A stretch of 64,000 nt of DNA from Mustelus asterias (Eukaryota). The stretch lies in contig NC_135830.1 in assembly GCF_964213995.1 (NCBI RefSeq), positions 1,674,001 to 1,738,000 of the forward strand, given 5' to 3'. Of this stretch, positions 1-9,627 are shown one piece after another. The notes beneath the pieces were generated by a model. That model saw only the letters and a list, made by a program, of their open reading frames with translations, was not told the DNA's origin and did no database searches. A program made the position numbers and the translations under genes. Each line of letters opens with the position of its first letter. Position 1 is the stretch's first letter.

Positions 1-330
1 AGTTGTCAGCACTGCTGCCTCACAGCGTCAGGGACCTTGGCTTAGATTCCCAGCTTGGGTCACTGTCTGTGTGGATTTCGTACGTTCTCCCTGTGTCTGC
101 GTGGATTTCCTCCGGGTGCTCCGGCTTCGTCCCACAGTCCAAAGATGTGCGGGTTAGGTACATTGGTCATGCTAAATTGCCCATTCGTGTCCCTGGATGC
201 ATAGGTTTTAGGGATTAACGAGGTAGATATGTGGGATTACGGGGTAGGGCCTAGGTGGGATTGTTGTCGATTCAGGCTCGATGGGCCTAATGGCCTAGTT
301 TTGCACTGTAGGTGTTCTGTGATTCTATGA
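1..330 (+). mobile_element. HE1-type tRNA-derived V-SINE (older copy, 5' end cut by window)
   Basis: tRNA-like head (AGCACTGCTGCCTCACAGC...GATTCC), V-domain (GGGTCACTGTCTGTGTGGA...TCCCACAGTCCAAAGATGTGC), CR1-like tail ending ATTCTATGA; homologous to many other copies in the window. Confidence 0.85.
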
Positions 331-419
331 ATTAATCAGCCATCAACAAAATATTTGAGACAAAACATCTGAACGAGAAAACAGCGAAAAGACATGTTAT
401 ATCTTCGTAATTCAATAAA

Positions 420-613
420 TCTCAAAACACGAGGTTGAAGTCCAAGAGGTTTATTTGGTAGCACGAGCTTTTGGAAGGCTGCCTCTTCACCAGGTGAATC
501 AGGGGCAGCGCTCCGAAAGCTCGCGCTACCAAATAAACCTGTTGGTCTTTAACCTGGTGTTGTGAGACTTCTTACTGTGCCTACCCCAGCCCAACGCCGG
601 CATCTCCACATCA
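420..613. mobile_element. Penelope-like element terminus remnant forming a ~150-bp palindrome with degenerate hammerhead motifs
   Basis: 420-480 is the near reverse complement of ~505-567; arms contain GCAGCGCTCCGAAAGCTC and AATAAA; homologous to the Penelope 3' end at 36450-36815. Confidence 0.75.
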
Positions 614-1101
614 TTTCTAAATTCAGTGCAGATATTATTAGTAAAGCCTTAGATATTTTGCTCGCCAGTAAACTACCTAATTGTATGAGGTAATTAGCGC
701 TTAATTAATTAAGAGCAATAATATATTGCAAGTTATTTTAATTACTAGTTAGTTGTCTTGTTAGCCGACTTCGACCCCACGTAAAAACATTTTTTCTAGT
801 TTTCAATAATTCGAAAGTTTGTTTCTGCCTGTCAATTTGTGAAATATTTGGAACTCAATTCGGTCAACATGACCTATCGTCTTAAATATAAAGTTCAAAT
901 CATTATTCAGATGCGCATATTATTTTTACGTAAATTTGATTCCACTTTAGTGTTGAACTTGTGCTCCAACTGCCCTGTTTGAAACAACTGAAGTGGTAAA
1001 ATATGCAAATTTCTGAAAACACTTTAAAATCATAAATTCCAACGATTGTCAGCAAGCAATTCACGTGATGATTTGAATGGTTTTTATACTGTCGTGTTTA
1101 T

Positions 1102-1322
1102 ATGCGGAGATGCCGGCGTTGGACTGGGGTAAACACAGTAAGGAGTCTAACAACACCAGGTTAAGGTCGAACAGGTTTATTTGGTAGTAAACGCCACTCG
1201 CTTTCCGAGCGCTGTTCCTTCGTCGGTGAGTGGGAGAGCAGCGCTCCGAAAGCTAGTGGCGTTTGCTACCAAATAAACCTGTTGGACTTAACCTGGTGTT
1301 GTTAGACTCCTTACTGAGTTTA
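1102..1322. mobile_element. Second Penelope-like palindromic terminus remnant (opposite orientation to the first)
   Basis: Inverted arms ~1130-1215 and ~1236-1322; GAGCAGCGCTCCGAAAGCTAGTGG hammerhead half; same tail (CCCCAGTCCAACGCCGGCATCTCC) on the minus strand. Confidence 0.75.
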
Positions 1323-2984
1323 TATGCCGCCATAACTCAAAACTACCTATGTAAATAAATACAATCGTTGGCAGGTTGTGGTCAATAAAAGTGGTTCTAT
1401 ATATAATGACAAGGCAATCTCTATAACCTAATAATATATTTAATTCAATCAGATTCAAATTAATTCTCCTGCAACATAATGAGAACAATTCGCTCAGATT
1501 ATCTATAACATGGAAACAGAATCAGTAACAGAAGTGTGATTTTGTTGGTTAATGTCACATTTCATAAAAAAATAAGCATCATGCTCATAGATAATCAGTT
1601 CATTTATTCATTGAGATTTTCTCCCCATAATTCTATCCTGTGTACAGTACATCCATTGGAGAGAGGATGTTGCTATTAAGTGCAAAACTAATATTAACCT
1701 TTTGCAATTAAATGTACCTGTTTGAATTTTAAGCTTATGCTTGTTATGTGCAGTTTGTAACTTCTTACACATGAAATAAAAGCACACGAGCAATCCATTC
1801 ACTGTCAGCGTTTCCACCTCTCGGACAATGTTTACCATTACTGTAGGGACAATTATCCCGCTATCAAACTGCAGATGACATTGAATGGATATTTTAACTG
1901 TGGCTGCATGGAAAAGATGTCATAACCGGAAACATATATTGCCGAAATTCACTAAATAAAATACTGATTTAATTGAATGCAAACTTAATCACGGATAGAA
2001 GAAAATAATTCCAAATGTCTTGTGAAACAGAAAACCGCTGTTTCTGGGATAATCAGTAATATTCCCAGTCTAGTAATTTTTCCAACCATGTAAATCAGAA
2101 TTGTGAACGGTGGTAGATTATTAATTATATTATTAGAAAAGCACTTTTGGCGTTTTAGTATGGTAATTCTTAGTATGGTAATTCTTTGAAATATACTCGA
2201 TTTACTCTCCAATTTGCAAACCTTTCAATGAAGAAGTTTTTGATTGCAACAACTTATAATACTTTGAATGAGAGGAAGCCATCCTTATTTTAACCTGTGA
2301 TCGTAAGCTTAAAAACAAATGACCCAAAGTATCATCATTTTTTAACCATCTCCTAAATTGCCCATTAACTCCCTACAATCGTGCCTCAAACAGTTTGAAA
2401 TGTGTAGACTGTTTGTATTTGATCACAAAACGTGGAACCACTCAGTCTCATCGACTTTACACAAAACCCCAACAAAATAGCAAAACGAGCCGTCACCATC
2501 TGTATGAATTACGCAACTAAATAAAAAAAGTGGAATAATAACACCACCATTTCGATAAATACAACATGTTCAATAAATCAGCATTGAAATATTGACACAT
2601 TTTCTTAACTTTGGGAGAAATTCTATAACTTTGAACAAATGATTGCAGCTCGTGTAAAACGCAAAAGCCATGAGAGGTATTGCAGACAGACCAAATTGTT
2701 TAACAAGCATTTGGTATTTAAAGTGCACCGGCTACATAATAATCTCAGCAGATAAACATCAAATCACAACAACCAGGGAATAACTCCTACAGCAGCTCAT
2801 TTCGTAAAAAAAACAATGAAATTTTATATCCGCTTTCAGCAGAATCACATTAAACATTGCAGTCAATCTCGATGTTAAATCCACCAAACTCATATTTCAG
2901 AAAGATACTGAAAATTTAAAAGAGACCAAAATATAAAAGAAAGGCTCCAATAAAACAGCAATAATGTAATTGCATGTTTCTTAC

Positions 2985-3032
2985 CTGCAGCAACTGTCAC
3001 CTTTGTCCCTTGCCCCCAGAAGTCGAAAGATT
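2985..3032 (-). CDS. IGHJ: Immunoglobulin heavy-chain J segment (SFDFWGQGTKVTVAA)
   Basis: WGxG motif; followed by phase-1 splice donor G|GTAAG; preceded by a 23-bp-spacer RSS. Confidence 0.95.
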
Positions 3033-3071
3033 CACTGTGTTTCATTCTCTGGGCTGGGTCTTACAAAAAAC
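3033..3071 (+). other. JH recombination signal sequence, 23-bp spacer
   Basis: Heptamer CACTGTG 3033-3039, 23-nt spacer 3040-3062, nonamer ACAAAAAAC 3063-3071. Confidence 0.92.
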
Positions 3072-3399
3072 AGCTCCACAGGTAGTACACAGAAAACCAC
3101 CATTATTTTTTAAATATTTAATCCAGAGGCAAAGCGAAGTGGTAATAGATCATTAATAAACTATAATTGCATTTGTGGATCCAGTTCACTCTTGATTGCT
3201 GACCCGAATGTTTTATCTTTCACAGAGTAACGCATGAGCATGTTATTGAAAACATCAACTGATAAGGGAATAATGATTACAGGTTTTTCAACTTAAGGCA
3301 ATTTTCTTCGTATAGTGCAGAACAAAAATCATACTTCACTGGTAAAATGGATTGCAAAAGCAAGCACTGAGCCAGCCTCAGTCAATTTGCACTGAGGGA

Positions 3400-3427
3400 A
3401 CTTTTTGTATTGTCATGAACTGCTGTG
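3400..3427 (-). other. Recombination signal sequence with 12-bp spacer 3' of the fused V-D
   Basis: Minus strand: heptamer CACAGCA (3427-3421), spacer GTTCATGACAAT (12 nt), nonamer ACAAAAAGT (3408-3400). Confidence 0.92.
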
Positions 3428-3750
3428 TTCCCCCCAGTTGCCGTAGTCCTTTGCACAATAATAGATGGCGGTGTCTTCAGTTTTCATGTTTGTCATGTCC
3501 AAAGCGAAGATATTGTTTGAAGTGTCTTTGGATGCGGTAAATCGGCTCTCAATGTCAGAGGCGTAATACTTATATGATGAACTGTAGTAGGCAACTAACC
3601 ACTGCAGGCCCTGCCCGGGAACATAGCGCAGCCAATGCATGTAGTAGCTGCCGAGTTTGAACCCGTTGGTTCTACAGGTCACTCTCAGCGTGCTTCCTGG
3701 GCGCCCGGTTGTTTCCTCCGTCTGAGTCAAAACAGCATCCGAATGGACAT
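3428..3750 (-). CDS. IGHV: IgM-type heavy-chain V exon already joined to D-like sequence (VD/VDD)
   Basis: Acceptor TTTCTTACAG; open frame ..VHS-DAVLTQ...TC...YYMHW...GQGLQW...[17 protein letters not shown]...[10 protein letters not shown] then DYGNWGE abutting a 12-RSS; canonical Cys/Trp/Cys retained; framework resembles elasmobranch IgM VH. Confidence 0.95.
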
Positions 3751-3870
3751 CTGTAAGAAATATTTTGAAAGACAGAGGATTAATTCTGATTAAATTACTG
3801 CTGGCTGTAACATTCTAGATATCGACTGTGACTTTAATAGTGAGTGAATTGGAGAATTTGAACTACTCAC

Positions 3871-3916
3871 GGGAGAAGAAAGCCAGCAGCAAACTCAGAA
3901 CCATCGCAGATATCAT
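3871..3916 (-). CDS. IGHV: IgH leader exon (MISAMVLSLLLAFFS)
   Basis: ATG at 3916, 46-nt hydrophobic exon, phase-1 donor C|GTGAGT, 120-nt intron splices in frame to the V exon. Confidence 0.93.
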
Positions 3917-4679
3917 CTTTCTGTTAGTTTGTGGAGATGATTGAGTTAGGAATTCAGTGAGCAAAGCAGCTCCAGGAATTTTGGGTTCCGATACTGGTGA
4001 GTGGCATTTAAATACCCGGCAGAATGGCGTGGGTTTCTCAGCGCCGCCTGTTGATTCCCTGATGGAGGTGGCGACTGGTTCCAGATCCAACCTCCACATC
4101 CTCAAAAGTATGGGCTCAGTGATTTACAATATTATTAAAAGCGTAAATTTGAACTCAATCGGGGCATTCGTTCAGCTGAATGGTTTAATTATAATATTTC
4201 CATTGTTTCTCAGTGTGAAATTGTGTGTTACAGTGGATTATTTGGGGAAACAAATGCCGCTGGTTAATTATCCACTTATTTCCACACTTATCAATGAGAT
4301 GAACATAAAATAAACAGTTACATTATCAGGCGATAAAGCGGCTATCTGTTTTAAAACAACGGTGGGCTTCGATCCCGCCATATATCAGCAATATATGATC
4401 ATGTACTTTCGGAATTCTTTTCATTTTCTGTAACTAACTGCTGGTGATGAATAGAATGATTCTGTCTGCAGTTTAGTTGGTTATTAATATGCGATGTGGG
4501 ACTTGAGATAAGGAAAATGAAAACACCTCAGATTATAGAAGCCAGCCGTCTGCAGACCCCCATGGCTCGAATGTCACATATAGAACGCTTCTGATGATTA
4601 TCGTGTAAATCAGAGATCGATCTGCTCAGAGTTGACATGTTGGCTACAAGCCAACTTCAAGCAGATAGCAATGTCAATC

Positions 4680-4992
4680 ATAGTCTTCCTACATTGCAGG
4701 AAGAGGCCATTCGCCCCATTGAGCCTGCACCAACAACAATCCCACACAGGCTGTATCCCCGTAACGCCACGAAACGTTGCCTTGCTCGTGTCTCTGGCAC
4801 TAATGGGCAATTTAGCATCGCCAATCCACCGAATCTTTGGACTCAGAGGAAACCGGAGCACCCGGAGGAAACCCATGTCTATACGGGGAACGCGTGCAAC
4901 CACCACACAGACAGTCACCCAAGGCCGGAATTAAACCCGGTTCCCTGTCATTGTAAAGCAGCAGTGTTAACAACTGTGCTGCCGTGCCTCCC
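4680..4992 (-). mobile_element. HE1-type V-SINE (diverged)
   Basis: Reverse complement of the SINE consensus seen at 8375-8712. Confidence 0.8.
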
Positions 4993-5259
4993 AATGACGG
5001 GGATTTATCAACGAATCTTTCCAGCAACAATAGTGGAATCGTTATTTTTAAGTTTTGAAACTGTAACCTTCTATCCCACACAAAAGGAATGATACTCAGC
5101 TCTTCTGGGACCTTGTGTGAAGCAACCATAGCCCTTACAAAGCTGACTCTAATAAATGATATTCTTGCGAAGTTTGACTGCATAGGAACAAATGCACACA
5201 GACTGTCAGGAAGGACTCATGGACGGGATACATTTTGTAATAAATTGGCTGCTTATTTT

Positions 5260-5570
5260 GTTCTTTATCCTTTCATGAGATGGGGAGTCACCAGCAAAGA
5301 CAGTATGTGTTGCCTTCCCCAAGACTTCCTTGTCTCAGTAGCTTGTTGGACGATTTTAGAAGGCTGTTAAGATTCAGCCACATTATTGTGTACCTGGAGC
5401 CACCTGTCGGCCAGACTAAGTGCGGGTGACGGAATACCCTTTCCTAAAGGATTTGGTGAATCAAATGAACTTGACCGACAATCAATGGATTTTTATGGTT
5501 GCCGTCAGTCGATGTAAGCCTGTGTCCAAAGAGCATTAGCCCAATCCTCTGGATACAGTAATATGAGCAC
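5260..5570 (-). mobile_element. Ancient SINE with L2-like tail (family unassigned)
   Basis: Shares the CCTTCCCTAAAGGACATTAGTGAACC-like core with 17310-17400 and 29400-29490, and adjacent sequence with 8750-8960 and 11820-12000. Confidence 0.5.
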
Positions 5571-5970
5571 AGGGACTCTGGCGCACAGCCTCTACTAAAG
5601 AATGGAACTATCACTGCAGTGATGCACGAATAGATGTTAGTTGGCTGTCTGAATATTTTTGATGAAGGAAGGAATTATTAAATTGATCGATGCAGCTCAG
5701 GATGCAGCTGAAAGAGCTTCTTCGACTTCCTCATCTTTGTTTTTGACTACAGATTGAAACTGGCCCTGGATTAATATGTGTCAGTCCAATACCTACAGTC
5801 CATCCAGACGTTCTAGATGCCTTCCATCCCCATCGGGAACTATGGAGCTGAACACCAGGATAAGGCACTGGTGCTGCATTGAGGATTCTTCTCTGCTGAT
5901 GGTGAATCTTCATCTGAAGGACATGGGTACATGACTAATTGAGGAGGGAAAATTGTATTATGTGAAATAT

Positions 5971-6302
5971 CATAGAATCATAGAAATCATAGAAACCCTA
6001 CAGTACAGAAAGAGGCCATTCGGCCCATCGAGTCTGCACCGACTACAATCCCACCCAGGCCCTACCCCCATTACCCTACATATTTTACCCGCTAATCCCT
6101 CTAATTTACGCATCCCAGAACACTAAGGGGCAATTTTAGCATGGCCAATCAACCTAACCCACACATCTTTGGACTGTGGGAGGAAACCGGAGCGCCCGGA
6201 GGAAACCCACGCAGACACGAAGAGAATGTGCAAACTCCACACAGGCAGTGACCCAAGCCGGGAATCGAACCCAGGTCCCTGGAGCTGTGAAACAGCAGTG
6301 CT
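5971..6302 (-). mobile_element. HE1-type V-SINE (young, 5' truncated)
   Basis: Close match to other young copies; tail (CATAGAAAT)n on the plus strand. Confidence 0.88.
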
Positions 6303-6918
6303 ATATTTGGTATCAAGACACGCAGACTGTGTCCATTTAATTAAGAGCAGAGAGAGAATTTTGTTGAAAATGCACAGGGACAAAATATTATTTGATATAA
6401 ACAGAGGCACGGCCCTAATTTAACATCCACAGAAAGAGGGGCTGGTCAATGTAAGGTAAGCAGAGTGAAGGACACGGCCTTGTGCAGTGTACAGACAGGA
6501 ACTGTGGCCCTAACAAACACGCCGAGGGCAGGTGTAGCAAAGAGTGATGTAAATAATGTAAAACATCCTCTAAATCGTCACATTAAACAGCCCCTTGTCA
6601 GGCATTCTACGGGTTGGATACAGATTGAATTCTAATCTAAAAATCCCCCATCAATCATTCCTAGAGCTGAAACAAGCAGAGCTGAAACAAACAACAGAGT
6701 CATCGTGGAGAGAAAACACACAGAAGCAGATGGAAAAAAGAGACAGAGAGGACTGGAATAAAGGACATTTCCACACAGATATTTGACGTATTATCATATT
6801 TTTTATTAACGAGAATCATTCTTAACAGAGATATAATCATGACTCTATTCTTTATTCTCATCTAAATGATTTTAAAAAATCAAACAAACTATTGCCACAG
6901 GAATAGAGTAAGGGCAAA

Positions 6919-7025
6919 CACTCTGATGAAGAGTCATCCTGACTTGAAACGTTGGCTCTATTCTCTCTCCACTGATGCTGTCAGATCTGCTGAGTTTCTC
7001 CAGCATTTTCTGTTTTGTTCCAGGA
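6919..7025 (+). mobile_element. 3' end of a second Penelope-like family with a hammerhead core
   Basis: CTGATGA-A-GAGTCA-TCC-TGACTT-GAAA-CG-TT at 6923-6953, followed by CTCTCTCCAC-GATGCTG..CTGCTGAG tail; degenerate relatives at ~7895-8030, ~11570-11670 and ~44065-44170 (minus). Confidence 0.65.
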
Positions 7026-8119
7026 ATAGTGTAACTTATTTGCATGCGTGTCTCTATTTCTGTTCTGTCTTGGTGGGGAAATATTTGTGCTGTTTTTGTG
7101 CTTCATAATCTAATCTGGGACTTCTATTTCTGTGTTTATTTACATAAACACCTCAATTGTTTCAATGAAGTGTTCAGACAAGCAAACTTCAATGAACACA
7201 GTCACTTGTTGGTCAGTTCCTTCTGAAAACAGTTTTGTTTAAAAATATTGATGGTGGGTATAGAACATTATTAGAAATTTCAACCTTTGAAGCAAATGTT
7301 ATTTATTTCAAACAGATAAACACGCTGAATTGAGAATTCGGTTCTGAAAATTCTGCTGCTGCAATAAATTAAACATCTTTGAGGATGCCTGTATATCAAT
7401 TTGATTGACGATTCATACTATTTAATCAAGACAATAAAAAATGCTGCCTGAGGAACGATCGACAATCACAGTTGTCTCAGAACTTTCAACACATCACATC
7501 TTGCTTTTTATAATGTTTGCCTGGCGAAAGAACCTGCATTTAAAGAGAGCTTTAACCGACCCCAGCACGTGGCAATACTGTTAAAACCCTTTGAAGCATG
7601 TTTGTTGAAGTTCAGTCGCTATTTTATTGTTGGAAATACAACAGATGATTTGTCCACCACAATCGCTCACAGAGATGTGATAAATGACCAGGTAATATGA
7701 CATTCTGTTGCAGAATAACTATTACCCGACGATACTGAGGAGAACAATCCTACTCTTGATATTTTATCTATTAGTTTTCTACATCCGCTCATGCAACTGA
7801 CAGATTAATCTGTTTCCCTTTCTATTGGTGACCACTGACTTGATGGACAGTATTCGGGTTTTAGAATTTCAGCGTCGGCAAAACTTTCCATTGTTCAGCT
7901 TTGACAAATGGTCATCCTGACTCCAAACGTTGGCTCTATTCTCTCTCCACAGCTGCTGCTAGCCCTGCTGAGATTTTCCAGCATGATCTATTCTTGTTTC
8001 AGATTCCAGCATCCGCAGAATTTTACCTTTGTGTTTGCATGTTTATATTCGTTCTCGGGAAGTGAAAAACACTGAGAAACTCAGCATTAATTACCAATCC
8101 TAAATAAACCACATCACTA

Positions 8120-8750
8120 TGGAACAGCGGAGCAGTGGAATTAGGAGAAGAAGCAAGCAAGTTCAGCGCTTCGAGCCTGCTGCGCCATTCAATCAGGTCT
8201 TAGCTGATCTCTTTCTGCTCTCAAATCCACCTCCTCACTTGTTTCCCATATCCACTTACTCCTTTTTTATTCAAAATATATCTATCTCCTTCTTGAAACT
8301 ATTCAACGACTCGGACTCCACGACGCTATTGGGAAGCAAGGTCCTCAAAGTCACCAGCCTCTGAGAGAAGTACCGGGCGGCACGGTAGCACAGTGGTTAG
8401 CACTGCTGCTTCACAGCTCCAGGGTCCCGGGTTCGATTCCCGGCTCGGGTCACTGTCTGTGTGGAGTCTGCACATTCTCCTCGTGTCTGCGTGGGTTTCC
8501 TCCGGGTGCTCCCGTTTCCTCCCACAGTCCAAAGATGTGCGAGTTAGGTTGATTGGCCAGGTTAAAAATTGCCCCTTAGAGTCCTGAGATGTGTAGGTTA
8601 GAGGGATTAGCGGGTAAATATGTGGGGGTAGGGCCTGGGTAGGATTGTGGTCGGTGCAGACTCGATGGGCCGAATGGCCTCCTTCTGCACTGTAGGGTTT
8701 CTATGATTTCTCATCTCAGTTTTAAATCTACCTCCTCTCAACCTATACCT
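8120..8750 (-). mobile_element. CR1 LINE 3' fragment interrupted by a SINE
   Basis: CR1 3' UTR/ORF-end motifs continue on both sides of the SINE at 8375-8712. Confidence 0.65.
8375..8712 (+). mobile_element. Full-length young HE1-type V-SINE
   Basis: GGGCGGCACGGTAGCACAGTGGTTAGC (A box) ... GGTTCGATTCC (B box), V domain, tail GATGGGCCGAATGGCCTCCTTCTGCACTGTAGGGTTTCTATGA. Confidence 0.92.
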
Positions 8751-9452
8751 GGAACTGGAGTCACATGCAGGACTTATCGGTAAAGGATATGAATGAACCA
8801 AATGGGCTTTTACCAACATTTGTCATTTCCAAGGTTCCTATTAATGACATTAGACTTTGTATTTCAGATCTATTAATGACTTGAATTGAAATTCATTCAG
8901 CTGTCATCGTGGAATTTGGACTTCTGACTCTGGCGCGTTAATTCGGGCCTCTGGATTACCAGTCACGTAATAATATGGATATCCTACTTCTAAGGCCGAA
9001 ATACTATCATATTTAAAGTTTGAATGACTGAACATAAAACATTGCTTTCACAGTGGGACACAGGTCTTGATCATAGGGTCCGGTATCTATTGTGGAAATA
9101 GAACATTTATTTTTTTGACTCAGAGGTGATATCTATACCACTGAGATAAGACTTGAAACTGATCAATGTTTGTGTTTTAACATTCTGATATTTGGCTGTG
9201 TATCGAAACGTCAAAATCGTGGTCCAGTCTTAGACTGATTCAGTTGATTGTCAGAGCCTAGTCGAATATGTAATCTAATTGCACCAATCTTTAGAAACAA
9301 TAAAGCAGTGACACGAGGTGATTTCAATGACGAAATATTAACTGCCATAGTTTAATTGTGCAAGTTAATGAGGGAGCAAGATACATAAATTGCATACAAC
9401 ATTTTGTTTTCAGTTAGTATGCAGAGAGCCCAATAAGGAATGGGGCAATCAT

Positions 9453-9627
9453 GGACCAAATAAATGAGGCCTGGCAGGTGCAAAGCGTATCAGTGGGCTC
9501 TCATTTTGTAGATGGTCACCATAATTCAGTTAGATTTAGGGTAGTTATTGGAAAATGAAAAGTGTGAACCAGAATATGATTTCTTCAATGGGGAAAAGCG
9601 AATTTTACCACAAGGGTCACTTAACTC
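9453..9627 (+). repeat. 175-bp segment of an old CR1 fragment duplicated at 13306-13480
   Basis: Direct alignment by eye: 4 mismatches in 175 bp. Confidence 0.9.

Noticed and set aside
3-218. Recurrent short ORFs such as MVSTAASQLQGPGFDSRLGSLSVWSLH and MDCGRKPEHPEETHAD (also ~6150, 8330, 49400, 54450, 55300)
   Set aside because: They are translations of the HE1 SINE on either strand, not a protein family.
1-2984. Search for IgH constant exons downstream of JH
   Set aside because: No C1-set Ig exon recognised; the constant region presumably lies left of the window, so the isotype is inferred only from the V framework.
3917-4200. VH promoter octamer or CRE-like decamer
   Set aside because: Only a TATA-like TATTTAAAT (~4005-4013) is visible; no convincing octamer or decamer match.
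8375-8450. tRNA-like sequences with A and B boxes
   Set aside because: They are SINE heads followed by V domain and LINE tail; no complete cloverleaf or terminator.
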